Below the pieces are notes generated by a model. That model did not search any database, was not told the DNA's origin, and worked only from the letters and a program-made list of their open reading frames with translations. From UHGV virus genome UHGV-1428581: 35,768 nucleotides of DNA; one strand, given 5' to 3'. This document shows positions 7,397 to 17,779 of the stretch, one piece after another (positions within the stretch are counted from its first letter, which is position 1; each line of letters opens with the position of its first letter). A program made the translations under genes and the position numbers. The DNA comes from a virus.

Positions 7397-10300
7397 CTAT
7401 CGCATACCAGGGTCTACTTGGTTAATCAGTGGTGCAATCCAGAACAGATTATTACCGGGTAACAGCGTACGCACGCTATGCAGCACACGGTCGCCAGCGT
7501 CACCATTCAGCACGCCGGCGGTCACATCGGTTACAGTATCCAGCAGGCCGAAGGTCGGCCCCAATGCAGAACCGATAAAGCCGCGGCTGGCGTAACGGGA
7601 TTGCGTACCAGTGCCGAGTAATGATCCTAACCCCAAAGCCCCGCCAGTTGCCTTCTCCGCCATGTTGTTGTATTCCATCAGCGGGCCAAGGATACCGGAA
7701 CGGTCAATACCCTCGAGTGCCAGTTTTTGCGGCGACCAGTCGATCTCTTTACCATTTGCCGCTTGTTTAAGCGCATACGTGAGCGCTCCGAGCGCAATTT
7801 GAAAGGCAGTACCATAGTAAAACTGCGCGCTCCCTTCTGATAAACCACCAATTGTTGCACGGTTATATGATGCAGTCGTAAACGAGCGGAACTGGAATAC
7901 CGTACGCCCAATTGGAGAGCTGGCCCATAAAGGCGTGTCTCCAACACCCGGAGTGATAATGATGTTGTTTGTGTCCTTCATAACAGCCGACTGAAACACG
8001 CCAGCGGCATAATCATCATCCCATTTGTCAAAATTACCGATGTGCCAACCATCAATCACCTCGCCATGCTTACGAAACTGTTCGTTTATGCGCGCGGCTG
8101 TGGCTGGACTTATACCCAACTTAGCAACTCTGGAAGCAGGAACGGCCCCCGAAAGAATGCTGTCAGCAGTCACCATTCCATTAATTGCTTTGTTAATGTC
8201 GTTATATTGCCCCATCAGGGTAAGCTTTCCGAATACGTCAGTAACACGATCCAGCCCAGCCTCAGCGGCGTTCGTACGGGTAGAGCTGTCAACCAGATCG
8301 GCCATTAACCGCGAGCGGGAGTTAAGCACCGTTTCGACCATAATACCCATCTTTTTCATTTCGCTTTTGTTAGCAGCGAATGCCGGTGATTTGGAAATTA
8401 GTGCACCATAACCCTTCATAGTTTTGCCAAATCCATTGACCATGACGCCGCGAGCAAGGTCGGGAATAGCTGAAACAGTCATGCCGCCCAGTTTAGTTAC
8501 AAAGTTTACGTTACGCATAGCACGGCCAGCGCGGACAAAGAAAGATGATGGGTCGTCAGGCATGCCATATGTACCGACCAACCGATCCCGCATGGCTGTG
8601 ATATCCCGGATATCATTCTCACGGGCTTTGGCTAATTTAGACTGTTCCTTTTTAATCCTGGACTCTAATTCTTCGTCCATTTTATCCAGTTTATTTTGAG
8701 GTACCGAAGAGTTTCCATTTTTACTGGCTTGTGATTGAAGCTGCCTAACTTTATCAGCATGCTCTGCCTTCAGTTTTTCAGGCACAGAACGGAGTAGGTC
8801 GTCGTACTCATCCTGTATAGCTTTAAGTTGAGACTCAAGGTTCCTGTGTCCAAACACTTTGGTTAATTCAATGTCCGGCGCAGCTTCCCGGATATGCCGC
8901 TGCAATACGTAGTTAGCATCACTCTCCAGATAGTCCCGCATCATTTTGTCCGGGAGGTTTAGAGTCCGCTGCCGCGAACTGCCAGGAACTTTAACGGTGA
9001 ACACATTCACGAAGTCTTGAGGTATTTTTGCGCCAACAATTTTATTGATCGTTGCATCTGCGGCGATTTCCGCATCTTCCCGTGACATAGCCGAAGCGCC
9101 ACGCGACCACCAGTTAACTAAAAGCTCACGGAATTTATCTCGTTCCTCCACAATTTTCCCAACTCTGTAGATTCGAGGGAAGTAACTGGTTTGGCCCAAT
9201 GCTTTTAACTCAGCGTCAGGTGGTAGTAAGCCAAGATCCTGCTGAGCAACTTTTACCCTATCGACTACCTGACGCAATGCACGCGCGGCATCCTGAACAG
9301 CAGCGTTACCGTGGATATCACCATTTCTCATGGCGTCGCCAACTTCTTCACGGAATCGGGTATAGTTTAAATCTCCGCCGTCAGCCTTATATTTAGCGTA
9401 TGCCTGCTTATTTGTAACCACTACAGCGGCTTCCTCCCTTCGCCAGCCGCGTACACGGGTTTCAGCGGCTACGGGAGTCTCGAACCCGCGTTGATTACCG
9501 CGCAGCGCAAAGTTATTTTCCGCTAGTTCCAGTGCTGTGATCCGCGCGTTGCGTGACGGCGACGATATAACACGTGATATAGGCGTCATGTACCCGCCAG
9601 CTTTTAACGCAATATCTGCAGCCTTTCCTCCGTCAAGAGTGAGGTCGTCAAGAGTTGCCTGTTTTATCCGCATAGCGCCCACGCTTCCACCATCAGGTAG
9701 GCTGTCTATGCCACGATTAATAGCGTTAGCCGTACCTACATTTTCAAGTGCATCGGCCATTTCACGTGTGGCTGCGGCTCTGACTCCGGGGGATAGAATT
9801 GCACCAGCACTTGCGAAAATACCGCTGAACATAGCTCCGGCGGTGATATGCGCTGCACTTTCACCCAGTGTCCTTGTGAACTGCTGGTTATTAAGTGCAA
9901 CTTCGCTAAGTGCGGTACCGGCGGCACCGATCGCTACCTGCGAACCGATACGCGCGGCCAAAGTACCCTGTGCGCCAGGAATGAACATTGACGCTACGGT
10001 AACCGGGTCGATAACACCCGCAGCAATGCTTGCTAACGTACCTTCCGCCCCCGCCTCTGAAAGTACGCGCCGGTCTTCATTTTCCTCGTCAATTTTATTT
10101 TTAATCCAAGCGGTTTCCTCTGGTGACTGAGAATCAGCGAACACCGATCCCCATTGCTCATAGCCATGAATTTCATTCTTATCTGTGTAAGGGTTGTACC
10201 CTTCGGCTGGTTCAAATTGCTTAGCCGGGCGGAATATTCCCGCCAGCAGGTTATTCTGTCGAAATGCTGCATTCCATACAGAAGGCCCAGCCTGCTGCGG

Positions 10301-10402
10301 TTCTGGGTTAGTACCCTCAGGCAGAGAAACGTCAAAGCCCGTTGGGGCCTGAAGTGCGTTATCCATAACACTCGGCGCGTTTGATTGCGGATAGATAGGC
10401 AT
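7397..10402 (-). CDS. Large internal virion / ejection protein (T7 gp15/gp16-position)
   Basis: 1001 aa. Gly/Ala-rich with long predicted helical regions. Translationally coupled to the upstream 904-aa gene (ATGA at 10402). Called by position within the T7-like gene order. Confidence 0.55.
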   Translation of the reverse strand: MPIYPQSNAPSVMDNALQAPTGFDVSLPEGTNPEPQQAGPSVWNAAFRQNNLLAGIFRPAKQFEPAEGYNPYTDKNEIHGYEQWGSVFADSQSPEETAWIKNKIDEENEDRRVLSEAGAEGTLASIAAGVIDPVTVASMFIPGAQGTLAARIGSQVAIGAAGTALSEVALNNQQFTRTLGESAAHITAGAMFSGIFASAGAILSPGVRAAATREMADALENVGTANAINRGIDSLPDGGSVGAMRIKQATLDDLTLDGGKAADIALKAGGYMTPISRVISSPSRNARITALELAENNFALRGNQRGFETPVAAETRVRGWRREEAAVVVTNKQAYAKYKADGGDLNYTRFREEVGDAMRNGDIHGNAAVQDAARALRQVVDRVKVAQQDLGLLPPDAELKALGQTSYFPRIYRVGKIVEERDKFRELLVNWWSRGASAMSREDAEIAADATINKIVGAKIPQDFVNVFTVKVPGSSRQRTLNLPDKMMRDYLESDANYVLQRHIREAAPDIELTKVFGHRNLESQLKAIQDEYDDLLRSVPEKLKAEHADKVRQLQSQASKNGNSSVPQNKLDKMDEELESRIKKEQSKLAKARENDIRDITAMRDRLVGTYGMPDDPSSFFVRAGRAMRNVNFVTKLGGMTVSAIPDLARGVMVNGFGKTMKGYGALISKSPAFAANKSEMKKMGIMVETVLNSRSRLMADLVDSSTRTNAAEAGLDRVTDVFGKLTLMGQYNDINKAINGMVTADSILSGAVPASRVAKLGISPATAARINEQFRKHGEVIDGWHIGNFDKWDDDYAAGVFQSAVMKDTNNIIITPGVGDTPLWASSPIGRTVFQFRSFTTASYNRATIGGLSEGSAQFYYGTAFQIALGALTYALKQAANGKEIDWSPQKLALEGIDRSGILGPLMEYNNMAEKATGGALGLGSLLGTGTQSRYASRGFIGSALGPTFGLLDTVTDVTAGVLNGDAGDRVLHSVRTLLPGNNLFWIAPLINQVDPGMR

Positions 10403-13116
10403 TATTCATTGCTCCACGAGAAATAGTTTTTAAAGCGATCCACTCGTTCACCATGCAAACGTTGATACTGCTCATCGAGCGCGCGATGTTTTTCCTTAAA
10501 TCCACGAATATCTTTACCGCGAGAGATCTCATATTCTTCTTGCTGTGCCCTCTCCCGCTGCATTTTTTGGTAAGGCTCCCACACTTCTAAAGACGGTTTC
10601 CAGCGCATAGGACGGCCGAATTTATCGTAATAAGGCTGTACGCTCTCAATACCCTCTTTATCCTTCATACGAACCATAATGGCGTAATCACCATTACGCG
10701 TGGTTAAAACATCAGGGGTAATTTCCAGTTCACCACCGATTCGGGATTCAGGTGTATTTGATGTAATTACGGGTGCTGAACCTGATGTAATTCCCAGCTG
10801 AGTCGGGCTGGTTTCAATTTTTTCTCCACGTTCGCCATAGGTCAGCCGCTCTTTTTCTTCTTTCCACTGCGCAGCCTGCCAACCAGACGGCCCGTAGTTA
10901 TACAGCGCTTCAGGCGCATATTTCATAAACTGGGTGCTGCCATTTACATCGCTAAGACTCCAGGTGCGGGCGATCTGGGTATTGGTCATCTTTTTGGCAA
11001 CATCGGCATTACCGCCCGAGTTGCGATAATTGATGTCATAAAGTGACTGGTAGTCGTTACGGAAATTGACGGCGTTAAGATTCTGGTCATCTGCTGCAGG
11101 ACCGCCAAAGCTGTACCACGGTTTCATGCTGCTGACTGCGGAATCCATCGCGCTGGCACGCTCTTTTTTGTATTCCTTCGTGCTCTGCGTAGAAGACAAT
11201 TGTGATTTAAGGGCATCAGTCTGGTTATAGGTAACGTTCTGCGCCTGCTTCACCGCTTCGTCTGACGCCATGCCCGAATCGGTAAGTTGTTTAACAGTCA
11301 GGTAAAAGCTTTGCATATCCTTTGGCATATCACCCACAGAGGCAGGATCTGTATCGTACAGCGCGTTAAATAAGGTCGATCCCTGCTTTACCACGTCGGG
11401 GCTACTGGAACGGGCGATCGCATTCAGTTGCGATGTAACTTGCGATGGGATAATGCCTGTCTGGTTAACCTGCTGCACGATAGCGTCGTGGGTGGTGGCG
11501 TCGTTAATGCGGAAGTTAAGCGCCGATGGCGTATTGTCTGCCGCCTTCTGCATGGATTTGTTGCTCGGGTCGAGTTTCTCACCGGAGATCAGCGCGTCGT
11601 TAAAGCGAGCGGAATCACGCTGCGCCTGAATATTAGCGTTGCTCTTCTGCACCAGCGCACTAAGTTTGCCATACGCATCGAGTTTCAGCGCGTAATCCGG
11701 GTCGTTTGCCTGCGGCTTAACTTTCGCCAGTTCGGCCTGCTGTTCTGCAGGGGTGACGTACTGGATAGCCTGGAAGGTTTTGGCGTTATCGATCGCGATA
11801 TCCAGCTGCTTGACTGCTGTCTGCCCCTGCTCACCGTACGCAAACAAAATGGTGGAGGCGTTCGGCATAGCATCCGGCACCTCGCCGTTATACAGTTGCG
11901 CCATCGTATTATTGAGAATCGGGTCAATCTGCTGCCGCAGCGCCGTACGCTGCTGCCGGATCTGCGATTCGGCGATATTGTCGATTTTGTTTACTGCTAC
12001 CGGGTCGAGACCGGTTTTATTTTTGTTGTAGCGGGACAACCAACCGCGCGTTTCTGCGGGCAGCTGCTTAACGAAATCCGCCATCGAGATTTCGCCTTTG
12101 CGCGGGTCGCCCACTTTGGCGATCAGTTTATCGACGTTACCCATCCCCCAGTTATATGCAGCCCCGGCCAGTGGTTCTGACTGGTATTTTTTACTGAGCT
12201 GCCCGGCATAATCGCGCGCCAGCTGCGCATGCTGCACAGGGTCGTCAGGGTTGTATTCCACGCCGCGTTTGGCCGCCAGTTCTTTCCCTGTGTCCGGCAT
12301 CAACTGAAATCTACCCTGTGCGCCAGCAGGAGATGTAACAAGACTACCATCCGCATTGCGGTGCTTACCACCGGACTCCACCAGGCCAACGGTGCGCATA
12401 TCGAGTTCGCCGGTGCTGCTATTAATCAACGAAAAATCGCCATTCAGCCAGCCAGTGGGATTGGTTACCGCGTAGTTCTGCGCTCGCTGCTCCAGCGCTT
12501 TTTGATTCGCTTCTGATACCGCCGCGTCGATGCGCTCCTGCGGCCAACCACGCGCCTGGCCATACATCTCGATCGAGTGTTTACGGGCGCTGCGTATCAG
12601 CCCTGCCTGCATTGGGTTATCGTAGGCGCTGGCCTCCTGTTCAACGGAAGTGGTCACCGTCGCATTAAGCTGCTGGCGCTGGGCCTCATCCGTCTGCGCA
12701 CGCTCGAAACCGCTATAGGTGCTTGTCCGGCGTACCTGCCCCGCTTTCCACTGCGCATCAAAATAGTTTAACTGGTTGGGCGGTACGCGCTTCCGCGCTT
12801 CCTCGTAATCGCCAGCGTCGGCCTTATCCATATCGGTGACTACACCGGACGATTTAAAGCCCTGACGCGTGACCGTGGCGCCCGTCTCCGGGTTTTCCCA
12901 GCGGTCATTAGATTTAGCTTCCAGATCAGTCAGAATCGCCTGCGTGGCTGCCACATCGGCTTTATCCTGCTCATGCTGTACTTGCTCTGCTACCTGCCCT
13001 GTAGCGGCCCCAAAACCAGACACCGCATTGCCGATAGTGCCTACATTGCTAACAGCGACACGCGTCTGCTGTGCCTGCGGTGTCACATTACCAAAATTAC
13101 CCGTTGGAATTCTCAC
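10402..13116 (-). CDS. Internal virion protein with soluble lytic transglycosylase (SLT) domain
   Basis: 904 aa. SLT signature VESGGKHRN...GAQGRFQLMPDTG...AYNWGMGNV with a catalytic Glu-Ser pair, as in T7 gp16-type cell-wall-degrading ejection proteins. Confidence 0.8.
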   Translation of the reverse strand: MRIPTGNFGNVTPQAQQTRVAVSNVGTIGNAVSGFGAATGQVAEQVQHEQDKADVAATQAILTDLEAKSNDRWENPETGATVTRQGFKSSGVVTDMDKADAGDYEEARKRVPPNQLNYFDAQWKAGQVRRTSTYSGFERAQTDEAQRQQLNATVTTSVEQEASAYDNPMQAGLIRSARKHSIEMYGQARGWPQERIDAAVSEANQKALEQRAQNYAVTNPTGWLNGDFSLINSSTGELDMRTVGLVESGGKHRNADGSLVTSPAGAQGRFQLMPDTGKELAAKRGVEYNPDDPVQHAQLARDYAGQLSKKYQSEPLAGAAYNWGMGNVDKLIAKVGDPRKGEISMADFVKQLPAETRGWLSRYNKNKTGLDPVAVNKIDNIAESQIRQQRTALRQQIDPILNNTMAQLYNGEVPDAMPNASTILFAYGEQGQTAVKQLDIAIDNAKTFQAIQYVTPAEQQAELAKVKPQANDPDYALKLDAYGKLSALVQKSNANIQAQRDSARFNDALISGEKLDPSNKSMQKAADNTPSALNFRINDATTHDAIVQQVNQTGIIPSQVTSQLNAIARSSSPDVVKQGSTLFNALYDTDPASVGDMPKDMQSFYLTVKQLTDSGMASDEAVKQAQNVTYNQTDALKSQLSSTQSTKEYKKERASAMDSAVSSMKPWYSFGGPAADDQNLNAVNFRNDYQSLYDINYRNSGGNADVAKKMTNTQIARTWSLSDVNGSTQFMKYAPEALYNYGPSGWQAAQWKEEKERLTYGERGEKIETSPTQLGITSGSAPVITSNTPESRIGGELEITPDVLTTRNGDYAIMVRMKDKEGIESVQPYYDKFGRPMRWKPSLEVWEPYQKMQRERAQQEEYEISRGKDIRGFKEKHRALDEQYQRLHGERVDRFKNYFSWSNE

Positions 13117-13121
13117 GTCAC

Positions 13122-13610
13122 TTACTCCGCATATAAACCGTATTTGCCTGTTTTTGCTTTTTTCCAGCCGCTGTATGCGGTACCGCCAGCACTCAGTAAT
13201 GAACTGCCAGCACTAATATTCCCCGCTGTCGCCGCATTACTGCCGCTGATCCTGTCGGCTTGTGCCTGCGCCTGCAGGCGATTAGAAGAATTCACGCCAT
13301 TAAGGATCGTCTGGTATGCGTCCTGCTCCGCATCCCCGGTAATACCTGACGTGACACGCAGCGCCGTTCCCTCACCCGTTTCAACGCCTGAAGCCGCCAT
13401 TGCAGCGTTAGCCGCAGCGGCCTGCTGGCGACCGGCTTTACGAATACGCTCCGCTTCCACTCGGGCAGTAGCCTTTGCAGCTTCGGCGTCGGCTTCAGCC
13501 TGCGCGGCCTGATAGTTCGCCATTTTCTTTTGCTGCTGGCCGCTGGCCACTGCACCACCAGCAGCGAGAACAGAAGAAGCCACCAACGCGATTTCAACAC
13601 CTGTACACAT
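13122..13610 (-). CDS. Small internal virion protein with N-terminal TM helix (T7 gp14-position)
   Basis: 162 aa from the internal Met (MCTGVEIALVASSVLAAGG). GGAGG 7 nt upstream. Ala/Gln-rich. Starts 2 nt after the GNAT stop. Confidence 0.5.
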   Translation of the reverse strand: MCTGVEIALVASSVLAAGGAVASGQQQKKMANYQAAQAEADAEAAKATARVEAERIRKAGRQQAAAANAAMAASGVETGEGTALRVTSGITGDAEQDAYQTILNGVNSSNRLQAQAQADRISGSNAATAGNISAGSSLLSAGGTAYSGWKKAKTGKYGLYAE

Positions 13611-13612
13611 CG

Positions 13613-14062
13613 TTAAACCTCCATCGAATAAAGCAGCCCGGTACTTTGCAGACCGAGGCGGGAATAAAGCTGGCCAGTACGTTCGGCATGTACGCCAGTC
13701 GTGATCCCCATGTTGATCACTGCGGCGCCATGTTCTTTCGACCATTCGATAAACGCACGGGCCAGTCGTGGGCCAGCGCTTCCGCCCCGATGCTCCGGAG
13801 CGACGAACAGGCCATATTCAAACGCCATCAACTGGCGGGAAAAAAACTGCTCCGCGATACCGCCGCCGAGCCAGCCAATCACCTGTCCATTCTTTTCAGC
13901 TACCAGCACGCAGCCGGCGGCGGAATAAATCAGGCTCTCAGCCAGTTCCGCGCATTTGTCCGCGTCAAAAGGTGAGTTTTCGGAATAGCGGGATTCCAGA
14001 TACATCCGGGTTCCCAGTTCAATAAGCGCCGGAATATCACCGGCGGTTGCATTGCGGATCAT
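13613..14062 (-). CDS. GNAT-family N-acetyltransferase embedded in the virion module (T7 gp13-position)
   Basis: 149 aa. Acetyl-CoA binding motif A (QVIGWLGG ... VAPEHRGGSAGPRLARAF). Typical GNAT length. Confidence 0.7.
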   Translation of the reverse strand: MIRNATAGDIPALIELGTRMYLESRYSENSPFDADKCAELAESLIYSAAGCVLVAEKNGQVIGWLGGGIAEQFFSRQLMAFEYGLFVAPEHRGGSAGPRLARAFIEWSKEHGAAVINMGITTGVHAERTGQLYSRLGLQSTGLLYSMEV

Positions 14063-14064
14063 CG

Positions 14065-16056
14065 TTAGCCCCCGTTGCTGGAGAACGTGAAAATAATCGC
14101 CAGCAGGTGAAACGGCAGCGGCTGGCGTTGCTGAATAATCAGAGTGTCTTCTCCGCGCTCCCAGCCAAGTTTCCCGAAATAATGATCACCAGTGAACAGC
14201 GGCGCGGGCTGGTTAAGGATTTTCGGGCCGAAGGTACGGAAAGGGAGCACCTGACCGTTGCACTCCGCGCCAGTGGTTTCCATAAAGCGCAGCGTGACTT
14301 CGCTGGTACGCTTGCGGGCGTTCTGCGTGGTGCCTTCGGTCGTTGAGATTTCCGGCGTCAGTGTCTGGATAGTGGTTTCATAATGCAGGCCGACTTCGAT
14401 TTTTTTCGCTTTGCGGCTGAGAGTGATTTGCCCGTCTGTTACCGTTGCCTGTGGCATCACGGAACCATCGGCCACCACATCAACCGTTTTTCCATTGAGA
14501 TGAGAAAGGCCTGTCCATGTGGTGGCACCTTCTGAACTGGAGCCGGTTACTGCGGAATCGGTATTCAGGGTGCTGTCGAATACTTCAACATAACGAACGG
14601 TCTGGCCGTTAACTTCACGGCGCACCAGCACATAAATCACGTCGTCGCTTTCCGAGGGAATACTCGCCACCGATTCAAAAACGCCATCGGTGATCTGGCG
14701 TGACCATGCGACTACATCCTGCGCCCGGTCGATCCCCATTGTGACCAGTACGCCATCGGCGCGGATCAGCCACACGAACGCATCAGGCTGTTGTTGATAC
14801 GCCATATCGAGAACGCCGCCGGCCGTGATGTGTTCGGCCAGCACCGTTAAATCATTGGCGGAATACGAAACGTAGCTGTCGGGGTCATACGCCACGGCAT
14901 ACAGTTTTTTTCCGGCGCGCTGGATAAACATAATTTCGGTACCGACACGAACCGGGCGAATGCTGTTGCATCCGTAAGGACTGGGATTTTTTACCGAAAT
15001 ATTGGTCGGGGTGATCGCCGCGTCGCTGCCGGCAGTGATTGTAAACTCGCCGCCGTACGTCAGCGCGATAAGCGTATTCATCTGCGCCAGATGCACAATC
15101 GGGTTTAACTGGTCAGAAGACAGCGTAAAGCTGATCGCGTCGTCGTCGTCCGTTCCCAGCTCAAACGACAGGTAAACGCCGGTTTCGCTCCACCAGATTG
15201 TTTGCGGGTACTGTGGGGAACCAGCCAGAACCAGCCGCTGCTGGTACAGCGTCACCGCGCCGGGGTAGCCAAATTCCTCCGTCCATACAGTATCCTCACG
15301 TGTCCAGGCTCCGGGGGATGCCGCCTGCGTCGCGCTTAAATCGGTGCGGATGGTGCCGACAGCAATCTGCGCGCTGGTGATGCTCTTAATCAGCACCAGA
15401 CCGCTGTTAATGCGAACGTATGAACCAACGTCCTCCGATACCCAGCCGGTGCCAGTAAACGCTGGGGAATCGTCATCATCTGCGGGTTCGGCATCACTGA
15501 GCGTCAGCGTGATTTCTGAGCCAACGAATTCTTTAACCGATGGCTTACACCATTTCTCCGGCGTGTCGCGGATTTCGTCGAATGGCTCAACGATAAACGG
15601 CGCGGCTTCCAGTACCCAATCAGTTTGTCCCTTACGCTGTAAGCGGTGCGGCGGGACGCTCTGGTGCACTAAAAACATCGTGTCAGCGCCCTGCACGTAA
15701 TTCACCTCAGACAACATATCGACGGTGTACGGGCTGGCGATTTCATACGGGGTATTATCGTCGTTTACCAGCTGCCGGCCGTTCTGGTAAATGCGCAGGT
15801 ATCCGTCGCCGAATTCGAGCATGTACGCCTGCGAGCGGTTAAAGACGTAGGGGATCAGTCGTGCTGTCCGGTCACCATATTTAGCGGCAGCGGCAAAGCG
15901 CATACCTGGTCGGCGAACGACACCGCCCTGCACCACGCACACCGCGTTTTCGATAATTTTTGCACCGTTGGCATAGCGGGCGATATCAACACGCCCCATC
16001 AGGCGCGGGGAAATTTCCCCGGCTGTAAAATTGGTTTTTATCAGGTTCGCGCGCAT
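14065..16056 (-). CDS. Tail tubular protein B (T7 gp12-like)
   Basis: 663 aa. N-terminus (LIKTNFTAGEISPRLMGRVDIARYANGAKII...RRPGMRF) resembles the gp12 family. Follows the gp11-like gene with a 1-nt overlap. Confidence 0.65.
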   Translation of the reverse strand: MRANLIKTNFTAGEISPRLMGRVDIARYANGAKIIENAVCVVQGGVVRRPGMRFAAAAKYGDRTARLIPYVFNRSQAYMLEFGDGYLRIYQNGRQLVNDDNTPYEIASPYTVDMLSEVNYVQGADTMFLVHQSVPPHRLQRKGQTDWVLEAAPFIVEPFDEIRDTPEKWCKPSVKEFVGSEITLTLSDAEPADDDDSPAFTGTGWVSEDVGSYVRINSGLVLIKSITSAQIAVGTIRTDLSATQAASPGAWTREDTVWTEEFGYPGAVTLYQQRLVLAGSPQYPQTIWWSETGVYLSFELGTDDDDAISFTLSSDQLNPIVHLAQMNTLIALTYGGEFTITAGSDAAITPTNISVKNPSPYGCNSIRPVRVGTEIMFIQRAGKKLYAVAYDPDSYVSYSANDLTVLAEHITAGGVLDMAYQQQPDAFVWLIRADGVLVTMGIDRAQDVVAWSRQITDGVFESVASIPSESDDVIYVLVRREVNGQTVRYVEVFDSTLNTDSAVTGSSSEGATTWTGLSHLNGKTVDVVADGSVMPQATVTDGQITLSRKAKKIEVGLHYETTIQTLTPEISTTEGTTQNARKRTSEVTLRFMETTGAECNGQVLPFRTFGPKILNQPAPLFTGDHYFGKLGWERGEDTLIIQQRQPLPFHLLAIIFTFSSNGG

Positions 16057-16619
16057 CAGAACCTCGATTCATAAGTTGGATAGCCGTCCAATGTTTCCGG
16101 CGGTTCTTCCTGCCCGTCGATAGATTTAGCCTGGCGAAGAAGGTATGCAGCTTCCTGCGTCAGACTGTCGCGCAGACTCGCGGAGCCGGTGACGGCGTAC
16201 GCCAGTTTTGCGGCCATGAACGCTTCGGCCAGATTGACCAGCGACGAATCCCACGTTGACTCATCCTCGTTACGAAACAGGTAGCGCAAATAAATCACGT
16301 TCTGGTTGGCCAGCAGCCGGTTTCCTTCAACGCGGTACCCGATATCCTCATACTCACGGCCAATGGACAGGATCCGGATTAAATCGCCCGGTAGCGGGAA
16401 CTGGTAGCCGAAACCAAATGCGGGCGCGGTGCTGGACGGTGAGAGCACAACGCGTTTTACCGCGCAGTTCCATGGATGTTTTCGCAGCAGGTCGTTGCGT
16501 ACGGTGGGGTAAATATTGGAGCACAGGCGGGCGTGTTCGGTCGCTTCGTTGAAGCTGTTAATTGGATGGGCGCCGAGCGCCAGCAGTGCGTTAGAACAGA
16601 TAGAGATACTGGAAGCCAT
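16056..16619 (-). CDS. Tail tubular protein A (T7 gp11-like)
   Basis: 187 aa, about the same size as T7 gp11. The N-terminal region (ICSNALLALGAHPINSF...) resembles the gp11 family. Placed immediately after the capsid gene, as in T7. Confidence 0.6.
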   Translation of the reverse strand: MASSISICSNALLALGAHPINSFNEATEHARLCSNIYPTVRNDLLRKHPWNCAVKRVVLSPSSTAPAFGFGYQFPLPGDLIRILSIGREYEDIGYRVEGNRLLANQNVIYLRYLFRNEDESTWDSSLVNLAEAFMAAKLAYAVTGSASLRDSLTQEAAYLLRQAKSIDGQEEPPETLDGYPTYESRF

Positions 16620-16634
16620 AGCCTTACCTCAGAT

Positions 16635-16662
16635 GAAAAAAGGCCGGGAGGGATCCCCCGGC
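16635..16662 (-). terminator. Rho-independent terminator after the major capsid gene (minus strand)
   Basis: Minus-strand GCCGGGGGAUCCCUCCCGGCC followed by UUUUUU. Terminators after capsid genes are typical. Confidence 0.6.
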
Positions 16663-16678
16663 AAAGGCACCAGCGGCT

Positions 16679-17584
16679 TTATGCTACAAAATCGATGGCA
16701 ACGACTTTCTTCTCGTTGGCGCGGCCAGCACCATAGGACGCATCAACGGAAATCTGGATGGTGTTATTTTTATCGCGGCGCGGGCCAATATCGACGTTGT
16801 ACTCGGCGCCGGTACCGAAATGCACAGCGGATTTACACCAGGCGGCGGCGGTTTTGGTGGTGACGCTTTCGGCAGTGGCAGAATCCAGCTTCTCGTATGC
16901 CAGCCAGTTAAAGCCCAGCCATTTAGACGACACCGCACCTTCCTGAAGCATTTTCACCGCCATAAAGTCGGCACTGGTCAGCGTGGTATCGCTGAGGATC
17001 TGCGTCAGCATGTCGGCGTTGTAAGTCATGTACAGTTCTTCACCGTTCTGCTCGTCACACTCGTTACGGCGGAACATGGCTTTTGCTGCGATCAGCTTGG
17101 CTTTGGTCATGCCGGTACCACCAGCAACGATTTTCTGCGAGGCCGGGAGCGTAACGGATGCATACGCGCCGTTGTTCTCGGTCTTGCGCAGTACCGCATC
17201 CAGCAGCGCGCGATAAATAACATCGTCTTTTTTGCGGTTGGCGGCGGACAGGGTGAGCTGCAAATACGGCCCCTGAGGGTCGGCAATCAGCTTGCGCAGG
17301 TCGCGTTTCTCAACCGGCACGAAAACGCCGTAGTCGGCCATCAGCGCATTACGGGTACCGGCTTCCGGAACATCCCAGACGGTATCACCGAAACGCGTGG
17401 TGATCTGGGTCATCTCAATGGTACCCATATCGTTGATGGTGAACGACGCACCGGTGATGCTGCCACGGTCATGGACAGCCGCTTGCAGGCGCGAATCCTT
17501 TTGCTGTGCAGCAATTTCGAAAGAATCATGAAACTGCGTAACAAACGCAGCGGTGATCATGTTCTTGTTTGCATCAAATGACAT
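16679..17584 (-). CDS. Major capsid protein (T7 gp10-like)
   Basis: 301 aa from the internal Met (MSFDANKN) with GGAG 8 nt upstream. The N-terminal region pattern resembles T7 gp10 (FVTQFHDSFEIAAQQKDSRLQAAVHDRGSITGASFTIN vs T7 FLKVFGGEVLTAFARTSV..RSISSGKSAQFPV). Confidence 0.8.
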   Translation of the reverse strand: MSFDANKNMITAAFVTQFHDSFEIAAQQKDSRLQAAVHDRGSITGASFTINDMGTIEMTQITTRFGDTVWDVPEAGTRNALMADYGVFVPVEKRDLRKLIADPQGPYLQLTLSAANRKKDDVIYRALLDAVLRKTENNGAYASVTLPASQKIVAGGTGMTKAKLIAAKAMFRRNECDEQNGEELYMTYNADMLTQILSDTTLTSADFMAVKMLQEGAVSSKWLGFNWLAYEKLDSATAESVTTKTAAAWCKSAVHFGTGAEYNVDIGPRRDKNNTIQISVDASYGAGRANEKKVVAIDFVA

Positions 17585-17734
17585 AAAAATCACTCCAGTA
17601 AAAAATCGCCTGCGGGGTGTCGGTTTCCCGGCCCAAATCAGCACAATGCGGTTGGCGCTGGCGCATTGCGGGAGAAATCAGGTATCCGGCGTCCCCACCG
17701 GGCTGGTTATGGAGTGATTGTTATCGAGGTGCGC

Positions 17735-17750
17735 GGTCGGAATCCCGACC
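17735..17750. promoter_or_regulatory. Palindrome GGTCGGAATCCCGACC (copy 4), in the long 5' leader of the capsid gene
   Basis: Exact 16-mer immediately downstream (minus-strand sense) of the terminator at 17751-17779. Confidence 0.5.
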
Positions 17751-17779
17751 AAATAAAAAAGCCAGCGGGTTAGGCTGGC
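17751..17779 (-). terminator. Rho-independent terminator after gene 17804-18220 (minus strand)
   Basis: Minus-strand GCCAGCCUAACCCGCUGGC followed by UUUUUUAUUU. Confidence 0.6.
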
